Source: Moniliella sp. 'wahieum'
Lineage: Eukaryota
Assembly: GCA_003971905.1 (NCBI GenBank)
Contig: RSEE01000013.1
Location: 124,001-188,000, forward strand
Reading direction: 5' to 3'
Length of the DNA: 64,000 nucleotides
Position 1 is the first letter of the stretch; every line of letters starts with the position of its first letter. The notes under the pieces were generated by a model that searched no databases, was not told the DNA's origin, and saw only the letters and a program-made list of their open reading frames with translations. Shown here one piece after another: positions 38,452 to 49,550 of the stretch. Position numbers and translations under genes: made by a program.

Positions 38452-39439
38452 TAGTCCGACTTCTAACAAGCAACGCCCATATCCTGCCCTCCACGATTCT
38501 ACCCACCCCCCGCTCCCCTCGCTCGATCCCGCCTCCCTCACGTCAGCTCACCATCGGCCTTCTCTCTCCCGATCTCCCACCTCTCCAGTCCCTTCCCCAC
38601 CGCACGATGCGATTGCAGCGTTGCGTCGAGCGCGGATCGAGGAGCAGCGTCGCGCTGCTCGCCTCGCCTCCGGGCCCCGAGAGGAGGAGCAAGACACCAT
38701 AGTGTTTGGTCCTGGTCCGGGCGCATGGACCTCCCGCCACCGCCGCGGGACCGAGCCTACGTTTCCCTCGCCGAAGCACCCGGGCGATCTGGCGCGGGCG
38801 CAGACGGTGCCCAAGGGGAAAGCGTGTGGGGGCTGTGGAACGGTGTTGGACGCGAAAGGCAAGTGTGCCCATTGCACTCCTCGGTGCCAAGCGTGTGGTC
38901 AAGGGTTGGAGCGGGGGGTGAGGAGCAAAGACGGGCTTGCCAGGGATCTGGCACCGCGCTTGCTTTACCTGTTCCTCGCCTGGGTGTCGGGTGAGCCTGG
39001 TGGATTCCCCGCACTGTGTGTTCGATGGCAAGGTGTGTGCGGCACTACCATCGTCTGGCTGGAACGGTGTGTGGGGTCTGCGGCGAGGGCATCGAAGGTC
39101 CCGCTCGCTCCGTTGCCGATGGCTCGCTCTTCCACCCTACTTGTTTTACCTGCCAGTTTCCGCGATGCAGAGGGGTACGTTGTGATTCGCGCTACTGCCA
39201 TAGAGCACGCACGTGATGGGCAAAAAGTACGACGTACTGACTGTACTGACGCCACGACTTTGTTTTGCCAGGCCATGGATACTTATTACGAAGTCCAGGG
39301 GAAGCGTCTGTGTCCGGCCCATTGGGCCGCCTGGTCCCACACACACGGCACCTCGGCCGGCACAAAACGGTATCGGCAATGCTTCCTTGAAGGAGACAAA
39401 GGCGAAGGGGAATGCGGAAACAAGAACAAGTCGGTTTGA
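37889..39439 (+). CDS. LIM-domain protein, paxillin/Pxl1-like (Pro-rich N-terminus, C-terminal LIMs)
   Basis: CQACG..WHRACFTCSSPGC..HYHRLAGTVCGVCGEGIEGP..FHPTCFTCQ..YYEVQGKRLCPAH; intron with GTACGT donor near 39175; (CCGAGC)n encodes a PS repeat. Confidence 0.8.
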
Positions 39440-40148
39440 TCGTTCCCTCGTCTCTGCCTCCCTGTCTCTTCGTCTTCGTCTTTCGCATAGCACCCTTATG
39501 GGTTGACGTGTGGGGTTTCGCCCCCTCTCTGTTACGACGACCAATGCGGCAGACTTGCCACACGATCACGATCACGATCACTGTGATGTGTCCCTTTTTG
39601 GCAGCAGTTCTGTGCGTGTCAATAAAACCGTGTACTTCTGATGCCCATGCGGACCCGAGTCGTTGCCTGTTCTCTATTCGCTCCTTTGCTCTCTGTCGTC
39701 CTCGTCCCCCATCTTGTTGCTTACTACTTTATCGTGCTATATATAGGCCGTTCAGCAGGGGCACACTCCGGGCGGGAGCAGTCCGACCCTTGTCCCCGAT
39801 AGCATCAGATCGAGACGTGCATGTGGTGCGCACTTCCTTTTGCCCTTCGCACACATCCCTCGTCACGCGTCACGTGGCCTCCGATCCCATCAGCGCAGCG
39901 ACCATCATGCATCAACGTCATTGGCAGATCATGCATCGCCCATCGCTGCGCGGGGGAGCGGGAGGGGCAGGCACAGGCACAGCAGGCTGCCGCTGCAGCT
40001 GCAAGGGGCAGAATTCTTGAGCACGCCTTCTCGGCCCAGTCTCTTGTACGCGGAGCACAGGCGAAGCAAGCAGCCTGCCTGCCTGCCTGCGCCACCCCCC
40101 CGCCGCGCCGCCGCCCGCCACCACCGCCTTCCCTCCGCCGTGCCCGGC

Positions 40149-42311
40149 ATGCCGCCCCACCTGGGCCGCCGCCCATTCGTGCGTGCTGGCCGGGCTGCCC
40201 GCGCTGTGTGGGCTACTACGGCACCCTCTTCCTCGTGCCCCCCCCCCCACCCCCACCCCTCCTCCCCTCCTCCCCGCCCCCAGCCCCCGCGCCGTCCCCC
40301 GCGACACCCCGCGCGCTCTGGACCGCCTCCTTTCCCAGCATCGACAGCTGGCCCAAGCTCCCCCCGCCCCCGCCCGAGCCACCGACCCCGCGGGTGGCCC
40401 GCATCCGCTCCATCACCCAGCTCATGAGCCTCCCCGACCTCCTCACCCCTCCTCGCTTGCCCCGCGATCCCATTGTGCTCTGCCACGGCTTGTACGGGTA
40501 CGACGTGCGCGCCATCTTTGGTGTCGAGATGCACTACTGGGCCGGCATTATGGATGTGCTTCGCGAGCGTCTGGGTGTCGAGGTCATCATGAAGGGCGTC
40601 CCGCCCATGGGCTCGATCCAAGAGCGGGCCGAGGCGTTGCATGCGTACCTCTGTTCCCCGCAAGCCGGTATCCGCGGACGCAGGGTTCACTTTGTCGGTC
40701 ATTCCATGGCGGTCTGGACGCTCGCTACCTCATTACCCGCATCCGCCCTACCCCCGACCAGTACACGCCCCTCACCCTGACGACGATCAGCACCCCCCAC
40801 CGCGGCTCGCCCTTTATGGACTGGTGCAATGCCAACATTGGCATCGGTCGCGACCTGGTCGAGTCGGAGATTGCCACCGCACGCAACCAGGGCATCATCC
40901 CACCCGCTCACACTCGTTCTCGTCACCGCCATCCACACCATGACCCCGATTGGTCCGTGGGTCCGCTTGAGGATCCAATGCCCAGTCCGCCCTACTCCCT
41001 CAAAGCGCCCCTTTTTGTCAGGAGACCGAGCGGGGACCACGGTGAGAACAAGTCTTCTCCTTCTCAACCACCACCACCACCAAACCAGCCTCTCCAGCTT
41101 CCACACGTACCCCGCCTCGCTCGACGGAATCCATGGAGGATGGTGGCACGGACAAGAAGAATGCACCACGTCCTGCTAAACGTGGATGGGACACCTCGCT
41201 CTTTACCCGTGCTCTCGACTCGCTCGGAGGCGGGTTTAGCAACTTGATGCTAGGCTTTCTGGACCAACCAGCCTACGCCATGTTGTCCACCCGCTATATG
41301 ACTCTCCTCTTTAACCCCACGGTGCCCAACGTGCGAGGGGTGGACTACTTCAGTGTAGCGGCACGGATTGATCGGCTGCCTATATGGCACCCACTATGGC
41401 TGCCCAAGCTGGTGCTGGACGCATCGACGGCAAGTGGGTCGGCTGCCAGTGTGCGGGACGGTTCAGCGCAGGCAGAACAAGCAGAACGGGGCAACGACGG
41501 CATTGTTGCCGTTCACTCTGCCGTCTGGGGCCACTTTCTCGGGGTGGTGGAGCAAGCAGATCATTGGGATCTGCGTGGGGGGGAGCCCCGCGCTTTCGCG
41601 CCCCGAGGAGAGACCCAATCACAGGACGTCCCATCTCGATCTTCCCAAGGACAAAGACAAGGCCAAACCCAAACCCAAACCCAAACCCAAATCCGCTCCT
41701 GCTTCTGCCAAACCCCAAGTGAGTGAATCTGAGGAGAACCACGGATGGATGGGCATCAACCGCATCTTGAGCACTCTGCGCCGCTCTGCCTCCTCAAATT
41801 CAAGCAACGCCAAGACTAGGCCAGCAAGCCAGTCATCTTTCTTCCTCCCTACGTCTTCTCCTACATCCCCAACCGCATCCCCACCATCATCATCTTCTCC
41901 GCTCTCGGACTCGTCTCCCCTGCACCGTCAGTGCTGCACCCTCCATCCTCTGCTCCTGGTGCTCACCAGGTCGCAACCTGGATCTCAGCCCGCCTGCCCG
42001 ACACGCCCTTGCCACCCGCTGCACCTACGTCCTCTGCCTTCGTTCCTTTGCTCCCCGCGCCCGCGCCAACGCGCCAAGAAAACGAACAAACGTCGGCTGC
42101 CGTGCACACTGTCCTTTCTTCCGCACCGACTTGGGGCACAGGTTCGTCAGCTACGTCATCGCCCACGGCTGAGATGCCATCCCCCTTTGCGCCTCTGGAC
42201 GTTGGGAGCGGACACCAGGCGGATGTGCCCTTGGCTACATTGAGTGAGGAGGAGCGCCTCGAGCGGTTTTGGGCGGCCATCTGTCGTCACTTGTGGGAAC
42301 GCGGGTACTGA
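40149..42311 (+). CDS. Tgl2-like triacylglycerol lipase, long form with inserts
   Basis: PRDPIVLCHGLYGYD..HYWAGI, HFVGHSM(G)GLDARYLI, LTTISTPHRGSPFMDWC, FNPTVPN..YFSVAA, NDGIVAVHSAVWG..DHWDLRG, LERFWAAICRHLWERGY*. Start uncertain. Confidence 0.88.
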
Positions 42312-42549
42312 GTAATGATCATCGATCAGTACTCAGTCTCGCTTCGCCTCTCCCACACCCTACATTGTTTGCTGTGTAGCGTATACTTTGCCTCATATAT
42401 TCCTGTAATACCATTGATCATCCGCGGTGCTGTTAGAAGCGTGCGAGAGGCGGTCTTTTTGCAGTCAGTCAGCAGAGTACGATAGCTGGCTGCGACTAGG
42501 AGAAAATGATAACTTGGCGCGAATTATATAGTGCTAGGGGAGTGGAACG

Positions 42550-42930
42550 CCACATCTCCTGTCGAAGGGCTGAGTCAGTGCAGCGATTATATTCGCTTGA
42601 AGCTTAGGATTACAACTGGGGCAGATGACTTTACGCCGAAATCACGGGCCAGCCGATCTGCCCTTTGGGTGCTGGTCGGCACGGTCTTGATCGCCTTCGG
42701 GTTTTATCGTTCTTCCTCGCCACCAAATCAGATTCGCGAGGATGTGTACCAGCAAGAGAGGGAGTCGGGAAACCGGCTGCCTGCCTCTGTGAACAGATGC
42801 TTTAATGTTACCTCCTTTCACTCACTAACCCCACGGAGCTGATGTTATTACTAGAAGCATACTTCCATCCTCGCAGCAATCCGCCAGACCCAAGTGCGTT
42901 GACACCCTTGACAGCCTTGGGTCTGCATCC
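42550..42930 (+). ncRNA. Candidate structured non-coding RNA, family unassigned
   Basis: TATATA at 42525-30. Series of hairpins whose G-U pairs work only on the + strand: 42641-42691, C(UUCG)G at 42695-700, TCCTCGC/GCGAGGA, AGTCGG-GAAA-CCGGCT (42763-78), and perfect 10-bp CAGACCCAAG/CTTGGGTCTG (42885-42925). No convincing ORF. Confidence 0.5.
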
Positions 42931-42964
42931 GTTTGTATCGGTTGTTCGCTAATCTTGCAAAAAG

Positions 42965-43061
42965 TGACGAGAGTGGGATTCGAACCCACGCCCCGGAGGA
43001 CTGCGGTTAGACCACCATAGGTGCCTTAACACAGCGCGTTAGACCACTTCGCTATCTCGCC
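42965..43061 (-). tRNA. tRNA-Leu(AAG) with about 17-nt intron
   Basis: Reverse complement GGCGAGA TA GCGAAGTGGTCTAACGC G CTGTG TT-AAG-G [CACCTATGGTGGTCTAA] C CGCAG, extended variable arm, GTGGG TTCGAAT CCCAC TCTCGTC A, then TTTTT terminator. Confidence 0.92.
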
Positions 43062-43115
43062 ATGGACGCACCATTCAGCGCTCTACGATACGTCATACTC
43101 CCTCATGATACTGTC

Positions 43116-43225
43116 AACTGGTAACCTGGAAACTGGTAACCTGGATTAGAATTAATTACGCCGACGCAGCACAGACTCCGTGCGGGCTGTAGTGACCGCT
43201 TTAATAGGGTTGCCTCGGTAGGGTT
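43116..43225. promoter_or_regulatory. RPP1 upstream region: 15-bp tandem duplication and two TAGGGTT motifs
   Basis: AACTGGTAACCTGGA x2 (43116-43145); TAGGGTT at 43205-11 and 43219-25, about 75-95 bp before the ATG. Confidence 0.6.
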
Positions 43226-43300
43226 CTGTGCTGCGCCTCGTGCTTCAGCGTGGCGGCCACCTCAACGCGAACCACCTACCTGTCAAGTCAACTCACCAAG

Positions 43301-43730
43301 ATGGCCTCTACTGAGCTTGCTGCCACCTACGCCGCCCTCATCCTCGCCGACGAGTCGGTCGAGATCACTGTACGTTCTATCCATCAGCAACACCACCAAC
43401 AGTGATGCGAGTCACGAGTGCCGTTGTTTCACCTGACCGCTGACTTGGCCATATTTCTTCTTGCAGGGCGAGAAGATCCACACCCTCACTTCGGCTGCTC
43501 ACGTCGACCTCGAGCCCATCTGGGCCAACCTTTTGGCCAAGGCTCTTGCGGGCAAGGACGTCCAGGACCTCCTGACCTCGGTTGGTGGTGGCGCCGCCGC
43601 TGGTGCCGTTGCTGCCGCTGGCCCCGCCGCCGGCGGCGACGCCCCCGCTGAGGAGAAGAAGGAGGAGAAGAAGGAAGAGAAGGTTGAGGAGGAGTCGGAC
43701 GACGACATGGGCTTCGGTCTCTTCGACTAA
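43301..43730 (+). CDS. RPP1: 60S acidic ribosomal protein P1
   Basis: [64 protein letters not shown]; intron 43370-43466. Confidence 0.97.
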
Positions 43731-44427
43731 ATCGTCAAAAGAGCATACGATTCTCCATCCCCCTTTGCATTTCCTTACCTGGAGGCTAGGGCATCTAATC
43801 CTTCCCCCTCATGATTCTCCCCGGAGTCGACCTCGATTTGGCCGTGTACCGGCCCCTGCATTCTGCAGTTATGGCCACCCCTGCTGCACCCAGCACAAAA
43901 CCACCTGCTTTGTGGCCTGACTCGGTGGGTGTTCCACTCAGTATGGTCCGGCTTGGTGAGCGCCTCGCCCATGCCCCCTGTACGTTGTGTGATGAGGCGT
44001 TGTAATTCGAATCGCTGTTGCGACGAGCCCTGGTTCCGCTCTAGAACAAATAGTCCAGTCCGGATTCGCCTTTAAGCTTGACGAGCAGGCAAGACATATG
44101 AGACTAAGCCGAACGTACTGAGCCCTCTTGCCCTTGTACGCTCTTGGGAAAATGTCCTACACTCGCTGGCGCCAAGCAGATGAGGATGAGAGATGGATGA
44201 GACAGGAACGCCTATCCGTTTTCCCAAGCAAAGGCACGGTGGCGCGGTCACGTGCGGGGATGGGCGTGGGGTTAGTGGCGCAGTGCCAGGATGCGCCACC
44301 TGCTCGCCCGCGCACGGCCGCCTACTTTTTAAGCCCCTGCTAGCCCCTGCTTTTGCCCGGCCGTTTTGCTGGCCCCACCACACGCCTTCTCCCCCCCTCT
44401 CCCACCCTTCGCTGCCTCCACCACACC

Positions 44428-45940
44428 ATGGGCCGCGAGATTATTACCTTCAGTGTTGGCCAGGCCGGCACCCAAGTCGGCACCGAATTCTGGCAAACCC
44501 TTCTTGCCGAGCACGGACTGGATATTGAGGGCCACTATGGGGCCACTCGGACCACGAGCTGAGCAAGGTGGGCGTTTTTTGAGTCGGCGTCTGACAACAG
44601 TACGTTCCCGCTCCATCACGGTTGATTTGGAGCCGGGCACAATCGATGTGGTGCGGGCGGGCCGTCTGGGCCATCTGTTCCGCCCCGACTCTTTGCTGTC
44701 GGGCAGTTCGGGCGCCGGGAACAGCTTTGCCAAGGGCTATTATACCGAAGGTACGTTGTCCCCTTTCTTGGGACCAATTCCAAAATACTGACTCGAATTC
44801 ACCGCAGGGCCGAACTGATCGATTCCATCATGGATGTTGCCCGTAAGGAGGCTGAGAAGACGGATGTGTTGCAAGGCTTCCAGCTCCTCCACAGTCTCGG
44901 GGGAGGAACGGGGTCGGGGTTGGGAACCAACTTACTCACAAAATTACGGAAGAGTACCGGATCGCACTCTTTCGTCCTGGTCGGTGCTGCCGAGTCCCAA
45001 AGTGAGCGATGTGGTGGTGGAACCGTACAATGCGACGTTGAGTTTCCATCAACTTGTGGAGAATGCCGACTTGACGTTCTGTTTGGACAACGAAGCGTTG
45101 TTTGACATCTGCATGAAGACCCTTCGCATCCGCGACCCCACCACCAGCGAACTGAACAAGTGATTGCCAAGGCCATGTCAGGTGTGTCAACAACGCTGCG
45201 CTTTCCTGGACAACTCAACTCGGATCTGCGCAAGCTTGGGGTCAACATGGTGCCTTTCCCTCGTCTTCACTTCTTCACCGTTGGCTATGCGCCTCTGGTC
45301 TCGATGGGATCTAAGGCCTATACCAATCTCAAAGTCGCTGAGCTGGTGCAGCAGGGCCTTGCTCAAGGCAACACTATGGCAGCGGTTGATGCTCGCTGTA
45401 CGTTCCTCTCTCCCTCCCTCTTCCTTTGTCGTGTTTTGCTCCTCCGTGCTCATCACTGACTCCTGTGGTATTTCCTTCCCCATTTCAGTGGGTAAATATC
45501 TCACGATTGGAGCCAACTTCCGTGGCAAGACGATCACGAGCAAAGATGTGGAGGATGAAATGTTCCAAGTCCAGCAAAAGAACGGGGCCGGGTTTGTCGA
45601 TTGGATCCCTCAAAACATTACCTCCTCCCTTTGCGATGTGCCCCCCGTCGACTCCCCTGTCAGCGCCACCTTTATCTCCAACACGACGGCAGTACAGGAA
45701 CTGTTTAAGCGAACCCAAGTCCAGTTTGCCGCCATGTTCCGTCGTCGGGCCTTCCTTCACTGGTACACGGCCGAGGGCATGGACGAGATGGAGTTCACCG
45801 AGGCCGAGTCGAACCTGATGGACCTGGTCTCAGAGTACCAGCAGTACCAAGAAGCTGGTGTTGACGAGGATGAGGTGTTGGAGGAGGGATACGAGGAGGA
45901 CTACCCCGACCACGATGCTGAGTATGATCATGCAGAGTGA
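44428..45940 (+). CDS. Beta-tubulin, divergent paralog
   Basis: [91 protein letters not shown] (beta-specific); introns 44751-44807 and 45398-45488. Confidence 0.93.
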
Positions 45941-46357
45941 CCAGTGCCAATACCCACCTACGTTTCTTCGCCCGGTGTGCTGCCGCCCCTTGTAACCTGC
46001 CTCAACGTTTCATACCCTCTTGTCTGCTCTTCCGTCAGCAAGCTTCTGCTTTTCCTACCCCCCTTTTCTTTCTTTCTTCAACTCGAGCTGGATCGACGTC
46101 GTCCAGCGGCTACGACAGCTCTCTTGCGACACTGCCTCCCATTTCCTTCCTTCCCCCCTCCCTTTCTCCCTTTGCCATTGATTTTGGGTTCCTGTCTCTC
46201 AAGGTGTGTTCCCGAAGCAAAATGATCCATTCCCTCTACCTCCACATGCCTATCACACCCTATTAGCTCGGCTCTTCACCAACCGTAAATTCCACAGAAC
46301 CGCACTTGTTTTTCCTCCGCCTCGTTCGATGAGGCAAAGAAGCCCAGCTCAGCCACC

Positions 46358-46890
46358 TTACCAGCATTTCCATTGTGGGACGGGCACAGAAGCACAGCGT
46401 AATGGACGCAAATCTAATTCTGCCCCCACGTGAGGAAGCACCAGCCCGCCCCGAACGATCCGGATGACGAAGCCAGTGGGCACGAAATGTGCCGAGCCAA
46501 CAAACAAAACATCCCATTGCCTTGTCTGACAGGCAGTGTGCCCACCAGCGCAGCGTGACGCACATTGGCTGTCAGCATCAACGGCAAAGGCGACCCAGGC
46601 CGATGGGGATAGGGGGATTCGGCCGTTCCCCCCGGCCAATTGCTTCACGCACGCTCATCCGCATCGGCGTCAATTCTTTCAGCAGGGCCGATGGTCACGG
46701 CGTAGCTCAATATGACCAGCTTTTGTTCCCGGCCTAGGTTAGAGAAGAACTGGCGAGCCGAGGCCATCGTATGCTTATCCAGCCCTGTTATCTGAGCCTG
46801 AATACGCTGGGCCATGATGTCAATGGCCCGGGACCCTTTTGGTACGCTGAAACTACCAACAAGTAATTTTGTGACAGGTTCCCTTTCCAC
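46358..46890 (-). CDS. Possible hypothetical protein or gene fragment
   Basis: Two abutting ORFs with protein-like composition (EREPVTKLLVGSF..ERIDADADER / KQLAGGNGRIPLSPSAWVAF). No recognised motif and no clear ATG. Confidence 0.2.
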
Positions 46891-47139
46891 TGAGGTTCCA
46901 GCTTCCTACCTACCCACCGCCCGCCCCGCGCCTCTTCTCCCCCTCCATTGTACATATTCTTCAGTGACGATAGAGAGCACCCTCAACCATAGTGGCACAA
47001 AGGAGACAGTTTATGAGCAGAACATGGAATGTAATAAGGATATTGATAACCCTGGAGAATAGCATGTTTGTGTAGGGCATGGAAGGGGGGAGGGGGGAAG
47101 GAAGGGGGGCGCAGATAGTTGAGCATTAATGGGACCCGC

Positions 47140-48603
47140 TTAGTGAATCCCCTTGACCGGAATCAGTTTGGTGCCGGTGGGTAAGGGCAGCTTAGAGTGG
47201 TACGGCCGCAGGGAATTAAAGTGTTCCCCGAGGCCGTACGCAGCGCGGTAGTAAGCCAGATGAGCCGCCGCTGTGGGCGCAAACTCCTCGCCAAATTTGA
47301 GGGGGGAGGTGCCAGCCTGGACAACGACGATGGGAGTGTGGTAGGCGCGGGAGAGAGCCAAGATTTCAGGCTGGCCACCCCACACGGACGTTTGTTCCAC
47401 AGCGTCGCAATACGACAGGAAAAACTGGCGCTGATCGCCCCCGCCGTGGAGCCAGCAAGATGGTTCGTGATGCCTGCCATCTTTTCGTCCGAGTCCGATA
47501 TGAAGGGCATGTACGTCTCAGGATCGGCACGCATAGTGTCTGCAGCTGCTTTGCGCGTTTCCTTGTACGACAAGCCGCCTTCGGTCCCGGTCACGCGATT
47601 GGCTGCCGCGGCTAGGACATTAAGGGTCGGCCACTGCCGCATAAAGGCAGTGACCGTTGGCACTCATCTCTACCACCTCGAGGCGCAGATCCTTGCACGC
47701 CTGGTCAATCTCCCGTCGCTCCTGCGCGACTTGTTCGTGACGCGTCCGACTACTTGGCCGACTGCGGGACCGCGACTTTTCTCCCGAGGGACGGGCCGAG
47801 GACGCGCGCGTGGGGGGCTTGCCATCCCGTCGCTTGGATCGCGGCTTGCGCTGTTTCCAATCCGTCGTGCCGCTCGCACGATCTGGGTCGGACGTAGCAG
47901 AGGCATCTTGGTCCTTCTCTGGAATCTTCTCAACTGGGTGAAAGGGGGAGGCCCGGCGGCTAGGAGATAAGGTGTCCAGTGGGGGTGGGGAACGCAGAGA
48001 TAAGCGGCGCAGAGGAGAACGTGCGTTTCGTCCAAGACTGGAAGACACGCTGGGGTCCCAGGAGTTGCGGGAACTGGTCCTATCTTGAGGCTTGGCGGTT
48101 ACTGGAGGAGCAGCTGGAGGAGCAGCCGCCCTGCCGGCTGGTGCGGTGTCGGCGGATACCCTGGGCGTGGCTGAAGCCGGGGTCCAAGGGTCCGAGATGG
48201 GGAGGCCGGAAGAGACGTTGGTGGCCGCAGGGGTGCTTTGCGGGCGGAGTGGGTGGGGGATATGGAGATGGCGGAGAGCCAAACAGATGGGAGATGCGGT
48301 GCGGGGCAGCATGACGGGAAGAGCGAGGGGGGGTCGATGCGGGGTATGGGCTCGGGCTCGGGCTCGGGCTCGGGGTTGTGCAGGTGGACGGCGGGGGCGT
48401 GGGAAGGACTCGGGAACTGGAGAAGTAGAGGTCGTCGTCCAGGAAAAAGGGAGAACTGGAGTCATCGCTGGGTCGGCCGGTGGGGGTGGAGACAGAGACG
48501 GCGGGGCAGTAGAGCCTCTCCTCGGGGCTCAGGAAGGGGTTGGTGTTGGCGGGGGCGCGGGGGCGGGGGGCCGCGAGGTTGGGCGTGGTGGAGCGGGGAG
48601 CAT
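47140..48603 (-). CDS. OTU-domain deubiquitinase (Otu2/OTUD6-like) with long Pro/Ser-rich N-terminus
   Basis: LEVVEMSANGHCLYAAVAD, YKETRKAAAD.MR, FISDSDE, VWGGQPEILALSRAY, LAYYR..YGLGEHFNSLRP (Cys/His/Asn triad). Start at ATG 48603 is tentative. Confidence 0.85.
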
Positions 48604-49453
48604 GCTGGGAGAGGACGCGAGGGTGGAGGGACAAAGGAGAGGGCGAGGGCGGTGCTGGCCCGCGAGGACAGACGGACGGCGGGACGAAGCCGGGGCAAAT
48701 GCAGCGAGGACTGAGTTCAGTCTGGATGCTGATGGGCAAGCGGGCGCGGGCCAGCGCAGAAACAGCATTCGATGGCACTCGCCGTGCTCAGCCAGGGCGG
48801 TGAGTGTGCGCGCTGGACGAACTGGACGCCGATGCTCATCGGAGGGGATGTCACATGTGACATGTGATGGCACATGTCGCTCCCAGCGCCTCTGTCCTCC
48901 GCGGAGACACCCAAAATGGGCGGACACCCGCGCATCACCGCCCGACAGGACACACCGGCGCTGGGCCCATTCCGGCGCTGCGCCCCGTGCCTGGGCCCGC
49001 CAGCGGCCATCGCGCCACAATCCCTCCTGTCCCTTGTCCCCGACAACCCCTGGTAAACTCCAGCAAAGCTCCGTGCTCTGGGCCGCCCAGATGCGCGCTG
49101 ATGCGCCCTTGTCCAAGTACGTATTGATTATTGACCGGTGACCACGCGCCGAAGCCTGCCGAAGCCATGCCTGACAGATTGCTTCCATATTCAGGCCCCC
49201 CGCCTATTCTTCTCTGATGCATGATGCACCTGAAGCACTGAGTACGTGTACTGAGTACTGATGCACTGATGCATGATGCGATCTCTCTGAGCCTGAGCCT
49301 CTGAACGCGTTCACGTTAATCAATTGCTGAATTGCCCCAAAGTCCCATAGGGCACCAAATCGGAGACGAAAGCACTCCATCATTTCTCGCAACGTATTTT
49401 ATTCCTGGAGGCGACGAACAACACAATGGAGACGGGACGCAGCAAAAAGGAAT

Positions 49454-49550
49454 TGACCCCTACCCGATTTGAACGGATGACCTTGAGGATACCCCGTGGT
49501 TGAACAACCATTAGCTGGAATCTCACGCGCTACCGCTGCGCCAAGAGGCC
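49454..49550 (-). tRNA. tRNA-Trp(CCA) with intron
   Basis: Reverse complement GGCCTCT TG GCGCAGCGGTAGCGC G TGAGA TT-CCA-G [intron about 24 nt] ..CTCA AGGTC ATCCG TTCAAAT CGGGT AGGGGTC A; T-run shortly downstream. Confidence 0.88.

Noticed and set aside
42826..42845. Firm assignment of the structured region as RNase MRP, RNase P, U3 or SRP RNA
   Set aside because: A CR-V-like word is present, but there is no CR-I (GARAGU../GGAA..UC) partner for P4, no U3 box A and no SRP helix-8 motif; left unassigned.
43770..43800. CTTACCTGG as the 5' end of U1 snRNA
   Set aside because: Lacks the ATAC start, U1-70K loop and Sm site; sits in the RPP1 3'UTR.
44428..45940. Gamma- or alpha-tubulin call (MGREIIT and GQAG resemble them)
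   Set aside because: Core and C-terminal motifs ([38 protein letters not shown]) are beta-specific.
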